From the NCBI RefSeq assembly GCF_009914755.1, contig NC_060935.1: 64,000 nucleotides of DNA; one strand, given 5' to 3'. The position numbers and the translations under genes are program-made. The notes under the pieces were generated by a model, which saw only the letters and a program-made list of their open reading frames with translations, ran no database searches and was not told the origin of the DNA. Positions 1 to 14,202 of the stretch are shown here, one piece after another. The first letter of the stretch is position 1. Each line of letters opens with the position of its first letter. Origin of the DNA: the human T2T-CHM13v2.0 reference genome, Homo sapiens.

Positions 1-804
1 AAGGGAACTCCGGGCAGGAGAGTGCTGGCCAAATTTGTAGGAGTGATAAGAGAAGGAGGAGCAGCAGGGAGGGGAAAGGAGAGACAGTGAGGGCCAGGCA
101 GGCAGGAAGCCTCATATTCTTCCACTATCAGATATACACACACACCTTTATACTGGCTTCTCCATCTCAGGGCAAAAGCGGAAGTCGGCCCCATGGCCCC
201 ACCAGGCCCCACCCTCTCTGCCCATGCCCCCCTTCTCACCTCCTACTCTCACCGCCCTCTGCTCTGCCCCAGCAGCCCTGGCCTCCTTGTTCTTTCTACA
301 CAGTCAGGACTGCTCTCCTCTCCAGGCCTTTGCACTTGGCAGTTGCCTGGAATGCTGTTTCTGCAGACACACACATGCCTCAGTTCCTCACTTCTTTCAG
401 ATTTGTGCTCAAACCTCATTCCCTCACTGAGGCCTTCCTGACTGCCTGAATTCAAATTGCAGTTGCCCCTCCTGCCTCACCTCATACACCCATGCTGCTT
501 CTTAGCTTTCTCTCGCTTCTTACCTTCTTCACCTTTGAAGTTTCTATATGAATTTTTTAGTGACTGTCTCCTTTGACCAGAATGTAAGCTCCAGGGATTT
601 TTGTCAAGCCACGTATTCACACCCAGATGTACTAAACCACACCCATACCTTCCCAGCCAGCTGTACACTGAAGTAGCTGCCTACATCCGTACTGCGTGTG
701 CACACACACACACCCCTGAGCCATGGGGAGGGAGAGAGGCTGATCCTGGGACACCAGGTAGACCGACTCCCCTGACTGCCTGGCTCCTGTTCTTCCTTCC
801 CCAG

Positions 805-1017
805 CCTCCTACTCAGTGCAGGCCTGCAGCGTGCTCACGGGGGAGATGTTTGCGCCCTGCTCTGCGTTCCTGAGCCCCGTGCCCTACTTTGAGCAGTGCC
901 GCAGGGATGCCTGCCGCTGCGGGCAGCCCTGCCTGTGCGCCACACTGGCCCACTACGCCCACCTGTGCCGGCGCCATGGGCTCCCCGTTGATTTCCGCGC
1001 CCGCCTGCCAGCCTGTG
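805..1017 (+). CDS. OTOG: OTOG E1, C8 of D2 ([10 protein letters not shown]...RLPAC), 213 nt, phase 1-1
   Basis: ttccttccccag| acceptor; G|gtgagt donor; C8 cysteine pattern. Confidence 0.95.
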
Positions 1018-1671
1018 GTGAGTGCCCCACCCATGTGAGGCTGAGCTGGAGGAGCCAGAGCTCCAGACCTGAGTGTTCCCTGCCCCTGAAACTCTCCACT
1101 GGGATGCCCTCCAGTCTCCTCCAGCCTGACTGCACCCAGAGCCTGCTTCTCCTCCTGCACCCTCCATCTCTGCCAATGGCCCCCATCCCCTCCATCACTC
1201 AGGCATAACACCTGGGACCTGTGACTCAGGACTGCTTCTGTCACGCTTACTTCCAGTCCATCTCAAGTCCTGTCAGTCCTGTTAATCCCAAATTCACCCA
1301 CTTCTTACCACCTCCGCCACCCTACTCAGAGCCACCTTGCGTTGCACCTTTCAAAAGACCACTGGCTGTTGCCCTGGGGTTTGAGTACACACACAACTTC
1401 AATATCATGAGCCAGCCCCTACCCGTCCCTACCCTGACCCTGGGCTATGCTCCTTCCCATGTCTTCATCACCTCTGTGTCCCCAGCTCTGGCACAAGGCC
1501 TGACTCTCAGTAAGCTTTTAGCAAATGTTTGTTGAATAAATGAAAAAGGCACTGTACTGGGAGTCAGGAGGCCTGAGTTCTATTCCAGCCCTGCAGGTGA
1601 CTTGCTGTGTGTCCCTAGGCAGGGCCCTGATTCTCTCTGAGCTAGTTTCCCCAAAAGGGATTGGACAGGCC

Positions 1672-1850
1672 CACTGGTTCTTAACCCTGGCTGCATATTA
1701 GAGTTACCATAGGAGCTTTCAAAAGATTCACACATCTGGGCCACATCGAGTATCAACGAAGGCAACATATCTGGCAGTGGGGCCCAGGCATCAGCATTTT
1801 CAGAAGCTCCCCAGGTGGCTTTGATGTGCAGCCTGGGTTGAGAACAGCTG
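1672..1850. mobile_element. MER5-type hAT-Charlie MITE
   Basis: Imperfect inverted ends cactggttcttaaccctggctgca / tgcagcctgggttgagaacagctg, about 180 bp. Confidence 0.8.
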
Positions 1851-2042
1851 AACTGGATGGTCTCAGTGGATCTACTGGATCCCACAGAGTGTAGGAGACT
1901 CTGGGGGGAGTGGGATGCTGGCCACACAAGGAGAGGGCAGTCTTGAGTCTTGGGACAAAGGGAGCAAAACAGGCTGCTAGAGGGAGCACAGTTGATATCC
2001 ACAACCTGTGTGTGACACAGCCAGGGGAGTGAGGGGGTAGGA

Positions 2043-2064
2043 GTGTGTGTGTGTGTGTGTGTGT
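2043..2064. repeat. (TG)n microsatellite
   Basis: Direct reading. Confidence 0.9.
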
Positions 2065-2267
2065 CCACACACTTGGGCTCATGCATGTGTCTATGTGTGA
2101 GTTACGGGGTGGGTGCAGGGCCTTAGCAGGTGGTGATCTCTACCCCTTCCCCAATGTCACTGCCTCAGAGGAATGCCTTTTGGAGGAAAGGACCTGCCAG
2201 TGGTTTTCCAGGCTGAACTTGGTAGAAGGACCCACCTGCTGCTTTGCCGTTCCAGTGTATTGGTAGG

Positions 2268-2410
2268 CAGTGGGACTCTGGAGTCAGACCTGGGTTCAAA
2301 TCCTGCCTCTGACCTTGACCTGCTGTGTGACCTCAGACAAATGTCTGAACTTCTCTGGATCTCCATTCTCCTCATCAGAATGACAGCCCCACTCCACATA
2401 ACTGTGGGGA
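2268..2410 (+). mobile_element. MIR fragment (one of many; others near 5230-5340, 18915-19050, 31650-31870, 34715-34930)
   Basis: ctggagtcagacctgggttcaaatcctgcctct...tgtgacct core; boundaries approximate. Confidence 0.7.
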
Positions 2411-2450
2411 TGAGGGAGACAAAGCATGCACCACTCCCCCCTCACTGCAG

Positions 2451-2643
2451 CACTGTCCTGTGAGGCCTCCAAGGAGTATAGCCCCTGCGTGGCCCCATGT
2501 GGACGTACCTGCCAGGACCTGGCCAGCCCTGAGGCCTGTGGGGTTGATGGTGGCGATGACCTGAGCAGAGACGAGTGTGTGGAGGGCTGTGCCTGCCCAC
2601 CGGACACCTATCTGGACACCCAGGCTGACCTCTGTGTCCCCCG
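2451..2643 (+). CDS. OTOG: OTOG E2, TIL (LSCEASKEY...LCVPR), 193 nt, phase 1-2
   Basis: ctcactgcag| acceptor; CG|gtgagt donor. Confidence 0.95.
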
Positions 2644-4286
2644 GTGAGTGGGTCAGCTTGATCTCTGAGTTGGGTGGGAAGGTGAGGCCAGGGGTCTCCA
2701 GGGCATCTGAGACTGGGGAACCTGGCTGGGCCTCTTGTGTCCCTCCTTCCCCTCACAGTTGCAGGCCAGACCTTGGTGGGTAAGGTGGGTGGGCTCCCTC
2801 CTTGGGGCCTCCCTCCCAGATCTCTCCTCAGCCTTGGCCTTTGGGCCATTATAGCAGCTTCCTCACAAGACACAACAACCCCACAGAGCCCAGGGGCCCT
2901 CTCTCTCCTCATTCCCCTCTCCTTCCACATAATTTATTGACTTTCTGGTATGTTCCAGACATTTCTAGGGCTTGGGAATTCAGCAATGAACAAAGCAGAG
3001 TTTAGCCCTCAGGGAGCTCACATTCTAGGGTTGCAAGACAGACACATAAATGAACAGACACTTAATGGACAGGTGGCAACAAGAGCTGTTGAGCCAAGTA
3101 AGGCAGAGTGAGAGCAGGGAGTCCCATTCCTGGTGTGTTACTTGAGGTGGGCCTGGAAGTAAAGCCTTTCTGCGGAGGTGAGGTCTGAGCAGAGACCTGA
3201 GGGAGTGAGGAAGGGGGCTCCAGGAAGAGGGGGTGGCTCAAGGCCCAGCTTGTTCTCAGTGTAGCTGGAGGGCAGAGCAGCAGGAGGATAGTGGGAGGCA
3301 GCGACCCCACGTGATCTTGGGGCGACTGGCAAGGTCCTTGGTCCCTTCCAGGCCTCTGTTTCTCCGTCTGTAAAATGATACACATTTGATTGGTGGTCTT
3401 CAAATGGTGGCAGGGCTGGAGAGAGGCCCCTTTAGGGTAAATAGGAATCGCTCATAGGCCTTCCCAAACTACAGAATCCTCCCTTGAGATCCAGATGTGT
3501 GCCTGGAGGCTCTCACCCCTTGATGTTGAGTGTTGCCAACGAAAGGGGTCTGTGTGGCTTATATATAGAGAGGGAGGTGGTTGTTAAGCAGCACTGGAGC
3601 TGGAAGAGTTTCGGCGTCCGGTCCATAACTCACTGCGCTGCTCCAAGACCTGCACGTGCCTATAATCGGCAGGTTCTGTGGGAGCTGTGTGAGGAGGAAA
3701 CATAGCCTTTGCCCTTAGATGACCTGCACAAAAGAAGAAAGACAGCATAAGAATCCCTACCTTACAGAACCCCTGCGAAGAATCAATGAGATTATGTATG
3801 CAGAGGGCCTGGCTGGGTGTCCCTGGCCAGAGGTCAATGTACTTAACAACCAGTGCAGCACAGGCACTGAGCAATTGGAATAGATGCTGGGCGTGAGTGA
3901 CCAGGACACCTGTGTCAGGATGCAGCACCAGCTGAATATCTGCCCTGTTCCTGACATGGCATGGGCTCAGGAGCTGTGCTCCTGTTCTTACTGCCCCTCC
4001 CTTCCTCGGTCCAAATGAGGCTGGCTGCAGGAGTGTGTGGAGACCAGTGACTCCTTGTCTAAGCTTGGTGCATGGCCCTGAATCTGGGACCCAGCCGTGA
4101 CCTCTATCCCTGGTGTCAGGCTGGCTTTTCTGCTCACTGGAGATGTGTCACATGTCACTGTAGATACCATTACTTTTCCCTGTGTCCTTATGCACCTGGT
4201 TGGCTGAGGGTGGGGTCCCTGTCCTTGGCAGTCTCTGCCCTAGCTCCTGAGCCTGCTCACCTTTCTTTGCTCCCATTTTTTTATAG

Positions 4287-4361
4287 GAACCAGTGCTCCT
4301 GCCACTTCCAGGGAGTGGACTATCCCCCCGGAGACAGTGACATCCCATCCCTGGGCCACTG
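4287..4361 (+). CDS. OTOG: OTOG E3 ([12 protein letters not shown]...LGH), 75 nt, phase 2-2
   Basis: ttttttatag| acceptor; TG|gtgagc donor. Confidence 0.93.
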
Positions 4362-4598
4362 GTGAGCTCCATAGATAGCAGCCTTCTTGTCCTCTCTTTA
4401 AAGGGAGGCTGCTGACTGAAGACAGTGCAGCTGATGGAACTTTCTGTGAAGGGACACCCAGCCCTGCTCTGTGCAGGGAGGGGGAAGTGAGTGAGGGTGT
4501 CTTTCTGAACTCTGCAGTGACCCGAGTGCAGCAACATGGGGTGTCTGGGTCCTGCAGTGACTGGGTCGGCTAACCCCAGGGCCCGTCTCTCTCTGCAG

Positions 4599-4642
4599 CC
4601 ACTGCAAAGATGGAGTCATGAGCTGTGATAGCAGAGCCCCAG
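4599..4642 (+). CDS. OTOG: OTOG E4 (HCKDGVMSCDSRAP), 44 nt, phase 2-1
   Basis: ctctctgcag| acceptor; CAG|gtaagg donor; needed to keep the frame. Confidence 0.92.
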
Positions 4643-6101
4643 GTAAGGGTGGGTGGAGGGGTGGAGCCCTTCTGGGGGCTCCACATGGTAAAGGAGAGTG
4701 GGGAGTGGAGCACTGATCAGGCTGTGGCAAGCCCACTCCAGGTTTTGCCCTACATTGGGCCTTCCGTATTCCTTGCCCTCTTGGCAAAGACTCCAGCTTG
4801 GAGGGTGGCACCTGAAGCCCTGTCCCAGCCTCAGCCCCACCCTAGTGGCTGTCTCTGCTGCCTGCAGAGGAGAGGCTGAGACTTTGTCTTCCTTCAGGGC
4901 AATGATCTGGGGCAACCACGTTGGGTGTCTGGGCAGTTTCCTGACTTCCTTTGGGTCCTGATGTTTTCTGTCTGAGCTGTCATGTATCTACTGAGGCGGA
5001 CTCTGCCCAGGACAATGCTAGGTGTGGGGTCACAGAGGTGGGCAGGACAGCCTGGGCTTTTGAGACCCTCCTAGGCAACAGAGATAGGGATGGGGTGGAA
5101 CAGTGGTCGTGGGGGGGGTCAACCTTTGAGAGGCTGTGAGGTGGAGTAGGGCCTGGGGGCTGGAGCATTCAGGGAGGGCTTCCTGGGGTGGAGGAAGGGA
5201 TTGGAGAATAATCATACAGTAGGTGGTTAGGAGCAGGGCCTGCAGAATCATCCAGCCTGGGTTCAAATCTTCCCCGGCACTCACTAGCTGTGCAGCCCTG
5301 GGCAACCCACTTTACCTCTCTGGGCCTTCATTTCCTCTTTGGCATATAACCTAGTTTCCTGCATCCTCCCCATGTTTTGTGTATAATCCTGGAAGCGCTT
5401 TTCCTTTGGTCACTTCTGGCTTTGGATTTCTGGCTCTTTGGGACTTTTATCTCACCTCCTGTGCCTATGCCTTTCTCTCTGGTTCATCCCAGCCTGGGCA
5501 TGGAACTCAGCTCCTTTTTATTAATTTTCCTAAAAAAGATCACTCACGCAGTGTGAATGTGCGGGGCAGACCTTACAGAAGGCTGAGGGAGAGAGGGTGC
5601 ATTCATGTCACAGAAATAGTGGTAACAGGACCGTGACTCTCCTTGTCATTCAGAGTCCTCTGGCCCCCTGCCACACTGATTGGTCATCCTCTTTCTAGCC
5701 CTGCTCCTGGTCCCTCTGGGGCACTTCTCACTTTATGGTGACTTTGGGGAGGAGGAGAAGTGGCTTCACTCCATTATTTGGGAAAATGGGGGACAATAAT
5801 ACTTCCTAGAGTTGTTGCAGGATTCAATATGATGATGCAGGGGAAGCACCTGGAGTAGTCTGGTATGGAGGACGTGCAGAGATGGGTCCTGGTGGCCGCA
5901 GTCTTATTGTGTGACAGACAGCACACATCTACCCCTCCCTCTGTGAGGCGTATCTGGGAAACCAAGCAATGCCCAGGAGCGACCAGGGAGGGAGGAGACT
6001 TCCGAGCCCGTCTCTCCCTCCATCCTCCAGCTGCTGCCCCTGTAGCCCAGGAGCCCATACTGAGGCCCCAGGGCCTCCGCTCCCATCTTCTTCTCTTCCA
6101 G

Positions 6102-6255
6102 CTGCTGCCTGCCCAGCAGGCCAGGTCTTCGTGAACTGCAGCGACCTGCACACGGACCTGGAGCTGAGCAGGGAGAGGACGTGTGAGCAGCAACTGCTGA
6201 ACCTGAGCGTGTCAACCCGTGGCCCCTGCCTCTCGGGCTGCGCCTGTCCCCAGGG
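6102..6255 (+). CDS. OTOG: OTOG E5, D' TIL (AACPAGQVF...CACPQ), 154 nt, phase 1-2
   Basis: ttctcttccag| acceptor; GG|gtaagt donor. Confidence 0.95.
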
Positions 6256-9200
6256 GTAAGTACCCATGGTGTCGTGGGCCCGTGATCCTGAAGGCTGGCA
6301 GAACCAAGGGCCACAGGGTGGAGTGGGGGCAGGGAAAACATCACATGGCCTTGTAGGAAGGCACTGGCCCAGGCTGGCCAGCCACAGCTGTAATGGCCAG
6401 AGAGGAGTCTGGGAAAGAGGAGAGGCTGGGGATCCAGCCTAGAGTGTGGGCTGGAGGAGGGAGAGCCCTGGCCGCTCATCTGTGAAATGGAACCATCATC
6501 AGGCCTACCACCTTAACAGGCTACTGTGAGGAATCAGTGAGCTCACTCAGTGGAAGCACTGAGTGGGGTGTCTGGCACGCTGGGCACTGCAGTGCGTTGG
6601 AGGCCACTGGAGAGAAAACTCAAGTTCAGCTCTCAACCTCTTCCTCTGCACTGTTCTGACCAGAGCCCTCAGGAGGAGGGCTAGTGCCCCTAAAATATTA
6701 AAAAAAGAAGACCCCACCCAGAGAAAACTGTCTCATTCCCAGGTCCCCAGAACCCTGCCATTAAAGCCGTGAGAGCTGCGTGAGTCAGGCTCTGTGGGCA
6801 TGCCTTGTGTGGGCTCTGTACACCGACGTGGCCCAGGGCCTGACACCCAGCTCTGCCCATTCTCATTCCCAGGTCTGGGCTGAGAAGACAGCTGGCACCT
6901 TATCCCATGGCTTGGCAACAGCCGGCTGTGCCCTTCAGCTTATGCAGAGATTAGTGGTCACCCGGGAGTCGTGGCCCAGGCGTGAAAGCCAAGGAAAATG
7001 ACATGGGGGTCAGGGCTTCTAGGGTAGGAAGGGGAGGGGACAGTCAGTTGGAGCTTTACTGCTTCTAAGACACTTTCATGTTATTACCTCCTTCAGTCTC
7101 AGAGCATCCATGGCAGAGAGGAGGGGAGGACCATGATTCCCATTTTGCAGGTGAAGAAACTGAGGCCAGGGGAAGGGTGGAGGGAAGTGGTGCCCAAAGA
7201 GCCAGGACTCAAACCCAAGTCTCCTTACTCCAAGCCCAGCCGCTGGCCCAGAGCACATGAGGTCCGTGATGGTCACCTATATAGATATCATAATGTGGGT
7301 TGTAAGCCTGCCCCTTCCAGGCAAGTGTCTGAAAGAGAACCTGCAAGCAACCCTAGGCCTGACCACCTGCTGCCACTTGGGCCCCGGAGTGGCATTTGAA
7401 GAGTATCTTTGTCACTGAAGGCCGCTTGTGACACCATCCTGGGTGCACAGCCTGCCTCTCAGCCTGAGGTCAGGAAAAGCCAGGGTGTCTGGGGTCAGGA
7501 ACCGAGGGTCACTCACTGCCAAGAGTAGTAGCAAGGCCACAGAGACACACTGGAAGGGGCGCTGGACTGGAGACCGGGAGACCGGGCTCTGGGCTCAGTT
7601 TGGCCAATGACCCATTGCGTGCTGTATCAAAGGCCCTCTAAGGAGCTTACACACATGCCTCAGGGGCTTGTCAAAGTGAAATTGGTACAGTCTCAATTTG
7701 TAAGGGAAGGGCAGGCATTTCCTACCATCCTGGAACATCCTCTTGCTGGGATAGGGCTCCCAAAGATGCCCAACCATCCTTAACAACCCCTGCCTAGGAC
7801 CCTTGGGACCCATGATCACCTCTGTGCATGAGAGTTCCGACTGTCTGGCCACCATGCCCTTCTCAATGATGTATCTAAGAATCTCCAAAGAACGGTCTGT
7901 GGCTGTCTGTGTGCCTCCATATTTCTTTGAATCTGGGGTCTGGCCAAGGGCCCTGGGGCCACTAGGCAGTGAGGCACAATGAGCACAGACTCAGGAGTCA
8001 AGCTTGAACCCTGGTTCTTCCACTTCCTAACTGAGTTAATTAATTACCCTGAACCTCAGCTCCTTCATTTGTAAAATGGCACAGAGTAAACACTCTATGT
8101 GAGCAGATAGCATTGTTTCTTCTCATCTGGATCCCATGCATTTGCAAATAACCTCCCTGAGGGGTCCCTGGAGTGAGAAGGTCCCCTACAAGGTAAAGAG
8201 AGGGTACTTTGCAAATTGAAGGCACCTTGAGGACCGAGGCCAAAGCCTTGAGTCCTTGCATGCTCTTCCCCATGATGGGCACACAGCAGGTGCTCAGAGA
8301 TGCAGACAGGTCTGCTAAGAGCAAGGAGGGAGTAATGGATGGTGGGCAACAGAGAAGACCCCTCAAGAAGTGGCTGGAGACAAGGCTTGGGGCTGAAGAA
8401 GGAAGGCAGTGAGCCAGCCCTTCACTGGTGTCTGATGCAATTATGGGGGAGAGAGGGGCAAGAAACCAATATTTATTGTGTTTCTACTAGGTGATAGGCA
8501 GTGTGCCCAGGCCTGTAAGATTCTCATAATGACCTTGGGAGGAAGGTGTCATTATTCCTGTTTTAAGCACAAAAACAGAGGCTTAGAAGGGTTAAGTGGC
8601 TTCAGGTAAAACGTAGTGAATTAAGCATGTGCTTTTTTTTCTTTCCTGCTTCCTCCCACAACCACAGTGAAATGATAATGGGGTAAAAAGGTATAAATCC
8701 CCAGGGACAAAGAGAGAAGAGTGGAAGATCAGTAGTTTTTGAAGAAGGAACGTGGGTGGATGTGTAGAAACTGGCCTTGCAGAGGGGAAGGCCAAGGAGA
8801 AACAAATAGTACATGCATTTTGGAAAATAGTTTGGCAGTTTCTTATATAAACATGAATCTACCTGAGCACCCAGCAGTTCACCCTGAAGTGTTCATCCAA
8901 GAGGAATAAATAGAAGGGGGCGTCGGGGGAGGGAGACAGGAGGTTGGGTTGCAAGTCTGTGCAAGGAGGAGTTCAGCCTCCAGATCCCCTATTGCTCCTG
9001 CTGGGGTCACACCACTGCTCCAGCCCCATCCAGCAGGAGAAAGGAGAGTTTCAAGAGAAACCAAATCAGAGACTTTGGCCTTGTAGGCACCAGGAGGGGT
9101 GAGATGCATCGTGGAAACAGGGAGATTCAGTGAAAAGCAAGTGGAATCCCAGCAAATGGAGACATTCGCCTCCCAGCTCAGAGATGACAGAGATTTCTTC

Positions 9201-10861
9201 CCTTGAAAATTGGCTGGGCCAATAGAAAAATACAACAGAAACTGACATCTTGGGAGTTTCTCAACAAAATGGTTGGTCCTCCTTAAATAAGGAGCCTCCA
9301 GTCAGCTTTTGATGCCTCACTCTTTTTTCTTTTTTTCCTTTTAGGAAGTGTTGCGTAATTTATATACAGTAAATTACATGGATCCTAAGTATACCGTGTG
9401 TTAGGCTTTGACAAATTGATACCTGCTTGTAACCCACACTCCTGTGAAGATATAGAACATTTCTGTCACTCAGAAAATTCCCTAATGTTGGCGCCCTATA
9501 TATTCCCTAATGTGAATATATAATGTTTATCTATTCTAGATACAAGTCTTTTGTCAGTCCTTTCCAGCCGGTTCCGCCCCCACCAGCATTGCTGTGCTTC
9601 ACACCAGCATAGATAGGTTCTGCCTGTTCTAGAACTTCATGTAAATAGAATCATACACTATATACCCTTTTGGGCCTGGCTTCTCTTCCTTAACTCTTGA
9701 GGTTGACCTACCTTGTTGCATCTATCAGTAGTGTGTTCCTTTTTCTATCCCGGTAGTATTCCATTGTATGAATATACAATTATTTATCTGCAAAGGTGTT
9801 ATATATAATAAAATGTACCTACTTTTAGTGTATGGTTTGATGAATTTTGACATCTATGTATATATCATCATAATTAAGATATATAACATTTCTATCACCA
9901 ACAAAGTTTCCCTCATACTCCGTTGTAGTCAATCCTACCCCTGTGAGTGCTAGGCAAACACTGGCCGGCTTTTTGTCACTATATAGTAGTTATTCCTGTT
10001 CTAGAACTTTACATAAAAAGATCCATATATATACAAACACACACACATACACACTCACAAACCATTTTGATCTGGATTCTTTAGCTCAGCAATAAAGCTT
10101 TCAAGATTCAAAAAAGAAAACAGTTATTTATCTGCTCAAGCATTGATGGACATTTGGGTTGTTTTCAGTTTGGGACTATTTTGACTAAGGTTGCTATTTA
10201 TTTCCCTTGGATGAACATTTCAGGGTGGAATTGCTGGGTCCTAGGGTAGATTCATATTTATATAAGAAATTGTCAAGCTGTTTTCCAAAGTGATTGGACA
10301 ATTTTACACGTCCAGTATATGAGAATCTGACTGTTCCACATCCTCACTAACACTTGGTGTTTTCAGTCTTTTCCATTTTTGTTATTTCAGCAAGTACATG
10401 GTCCTATCTCATTATGGCTTTGATTTGTATTTCCCTAATGACTGTGAGTAATTTTTCATATACTTATTGGCCATTCGTGTATCTTTCTTTGTGAAGTGTC
10501 TGTTCTGGTCTTTTGCCCATTTTTAAATTTGGTCTTTTTTTATTTGATTGAGTTGTAAAAATTTTTTATGTATTTTAGATACAAGTCCTTTGTCAGGCAT
10601 ATGTATTGCAAATATTTTCTCCCAATGTGTGTTTACCTATTTATTTACTTAACATGCCTTGAAGTATCTAAAAACTTCTGATGAGAAGTTTTTAATTTTG
10701 ATAATGTCTAATTTTTTTCTTTTAAAAATCTCCTTCATTTCTGATGAGGTCTAATTTATCATTTTTTTCTTTATAGTTAGTCCTCAAGGTTGCAAAGATA
10801 TTCTCCTATGTTTTTTTCTAGGAGCTTTACAATTAAATGTAATGGATTAAATAATTAATTT

Positions 10862-11152
10862 ATTATTATTATTTTTTTTTACAGACAAGGTCTTGCTCTG
10901 CTGCTCAGGCAGGAGTGCAGTGGTGCCATCACGGCTCACAGCAGCCTTGAACTCCTTAGCTCAAGCGATTCTCCCGCCTCAGCCTCCTGAGTAGCTAAGA
11001 CTACAGGTGTGCACCACTATACCTGGCAAATTTTTTAAATTTTTTGTAGAGATGGGGGCTTTGCTATGTTGCCCAGGCTGATCTTGAACTCCTGGCCTCA
11101 AGAAATCCTCCCAAAATGCTAGGATTACAGGTGGGAGCCACTGCAACTGGCC
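10862..11152 (-). mobile_element. AluJ-like, antisense
   Basis: Alu arms; perfect 12-bp TSD agctttacaatt at 10823-10834 and 11153-11164. Confidence 0.9.
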
Positions 11153-12259
11153 AGCTTTACAATTTTAGCTTTTACATTTAAGCCTATGACCTATTTAAAA
11201 TTATTATATTTTACACATGTTGCAAAATGGAGTCAAGGTATGTTTTATTTTATTTTATTTTTGATGGACATCCAGTGATTGTAGCCCTATTTTTTAAAAA
11301 ACACTTTCTTCTCCCCATGTAATTGCTTTGGCATTTTTGTGAAAAATTAATTGACTGTATACACGTGGGTATATTTCAGGACTCTTTTCTGTTCCATTGA
11401 TCTATTTGTCTGTCTTCATGCCAATATCCACTCTCTTGATTTATGGAGCTTTATAGTAAGCCTTGAAATCAGGAAGTGAGAGTTCTTCAACTTTTATCTT
11501 TTCTTTCAAAAAGTTGTTCTAGGTCTTTGCATTTCCGAGTAAATTTAGGATCAGCTTATCAATTTCTACCAAAAAAAAAGCCCCTGAGATTTTGAATGAA
11601 ACTGTGTTGAATTTATAGATCAATTTGGGGAGAATTGGCATCTTAACACCAGTAAGTCCTCCAAACCACAAATATGGTATTATTTTCTTATTTATTGGTC
11701 TTCATTAATTTCTCTTAGCAATATTTCATAGTTTTCATGTGAAGGTTTACACATTTTTCATTGAATTTTTCATAGGTATTTGCTGTTTTTGTTGATGTTA
11801 TAAACGGTATTATTTTATTAATTTTCCATTTTTTAATTGCCACAATATAGAAATACAGTCGATTTTCACATACTGACCTTGTATTCTGCAATCTTGCTAA
11901 ATTCATTTATGAGTTCTAGTGGCTTTTCTTTGGGTAGATTCTTTAGAATTTCAGTAAGTGATCATGTCATCTGTGAATAAAGATAGTTTTACTTCTTTAT
12001 TTTAAATTTTTACATCTCCCATGTTTCTTGCCTTATTGTGCTGTATTGGACTTACAGTATACTTTTGAATAGAAGTGATGGAAGTAAAAATCATTGCCTT
12101 CGTCTTGTTTTGGATAAAGCAGTCAATCTTCTACCATTAATTCTAACATTTGCTGTAGTTTTTTTTGCAAATGATCTTTATCAGATTGGGGAAGTTTCTT
12201 TTTATTTCTATTATGCTGCAAATTTTTTTATAATAAATGGGTATTGAATTGTCATTTGA

Positions 12260-12554
12260 TTTTTTTTTTTTTGAAACAGAGTCTCAATCTGTCGCCCAGG
12301 CTGGAGTGCAGTGCCTCAATCTTGACTCACTGCAACCTCCACCTCCCAGGTCTAACTGACTTTTATGCCTAAATCTCCAGAGTAGCTGGGATTACAGGCA
12401 TGGGCCATCACGTCTGGCTAATTTTCATATTTTTAGTAGAGAAGGGGGTTTGCCATGTTGGCCAGGATGGTCTTGAACTCATGGCCTCAGGTGATTCTCC
12501 CACCTTGGCCTTCCAAAGTGCTGGGATTATAAACATGAGCCACCGCACCAAGCC
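12260..12554 (-). mobile_element. AluS-like, antisense
   Basis: Poly-T plus full Alu; TSD tgtca(t/a)ttgattt. Confidence 0.92.
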
Positions 12555-14202
12555 TGTCAATTGATTTTATTTATTGGAGTATCATATGATATTTTCCCTT
12601 TATTTTATAAATGTTGCAAATTACATTGGTTGATTTTTAAAATCTTAAACCAGTCTTACATTCCTGGGATAAACCCCAGTTGTGACTGACGTATTATTTA
12701 ATATTCTGTGGTCTGTGGTTTTCCATACTTGCAACGTTTTTGTCTGGTTTTGGTATCAGATTAATGCTGGTCTTATAAAATGAGTTGGGAAGTATGATTT
12801 CCTTTTCAATTTTTGGAAGAGTTTGTTTAAAACTTGTATTATTTCTTCCTTAAGTGCCTGGTAGAATTTACCAATCTTGGAAGAATTTTAACTTCAAATT
12901 TAATTTCTTTAAAGATATTGGGCTAATTCAGTTTACCTATTCCTTCTTGGCTAAATATTTATAGTTTGTGTCTTTTAAGAAATTTGTCCATTCCATCTAA
13001 GTTGTCAAATTTATTCACTTAACATCGTACATCATATTTCCTTATTTTCCTTTTACTATCAGTAGAGTCTGTAGCAATATCTCCTCTTTGTTCCAGATAT
13101 TGGTAATTTGAGTATTCCTGTCCCCCTTTTTATCATTCAGTTTAGACAGGGGTTTGTCAATTTTATTGGTCTTTTCAAAGAACCAGCATCTGGTTTCACT
13201 GATTTTTCTCTATTGTTCTGTTTTTTATTTCACTAATTTCTCCTCTTATATTCATTTCTTTCCTACTACTTACTTTGGATTTAGTTTGCTCTTGTATTTC
13301 TAATTTAGAACTTTGACTTTAATCCCTTCTATTTCACATCCTGACCTGGATATGCTGGCCACTTCAGAAGCCCTCAACCCCATTTTCTGTCTGCTCCCCT
13401 CAGTGATGCATCGTGCCATGCTTGGGTTCCATCATCCTGTACTATAGTCCAGAAAGTGCTTCCAGGCAGAAAATCTGGATACAGGAGCAACTAACAAGGG
13501 ACTCCTTTGAGTATAATGCCTGTAGCACCCTTTCTTTTCACCTCTTTAACCCATGTGCTTGTATTCTTTTGAAAAATAAAATAGGAAGGTTAAGTAACTT
13601 GTTTCAGGTAGATCCTGGATTTGAACAAAAAATTATTTATTGCCAAAGTTTGTATTCTTAGCCCTGCCCCAGGCTGTATCCTGTTGATGCCTGATCTAGC
13701 GTGATGCTATGGCCTGAGATCTTTAATAAGTGCCCTGAGACATCCTTGGCTCCGGCCTGGGAGTGCTCAGATTTCATGGAAACCAGACTAGAAGACAGCA
13801 GCACTGCTGCTTTGGGGCCTGTGGTCTGAGAGCTCCATGAACAACCTGGGTAGGAGGGTCATCGCCCATATCCATGACCTGTTCATTAGTATACAACTAG
13901 TGCCTGAGGAGCAACTGGCATCCACCTGGTCAGTAGGGCTGTGGCTGGTAGAGATAAGCCTTGCTTCTTGATGGATGACAGAGACTCAGGCTGGGCCTAG
14001 TCTGTTACTGGTTTTTCCAGTTACCAAGGTCCCTCTGAACCTCACTGAGCAGCAGCAGGATGGGGAGTGAATACACAGTCAGTCTCTTCTAGGGTAAATG
14101 CTGGGAGCCACCTCCGAGCATCCAGATTGAGGCAGGGTCCTCCACAGATGGCAGCTATGGGAAGAGTGCTCTCCTGACCGCCTGCTTGCTGTGTCTCTAC
14201 AG

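Larger units (their letters stand above)
9330..13320 (-). mobile_element. Ancient L1M mosaic, antisense to OTOG, with two Alu insertions
   Basis: T-rich L1 3'UTR/ORF2-like motifs; degenerate ORF2 fragment in ORF 11715-11906. Confidence 0.85.
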
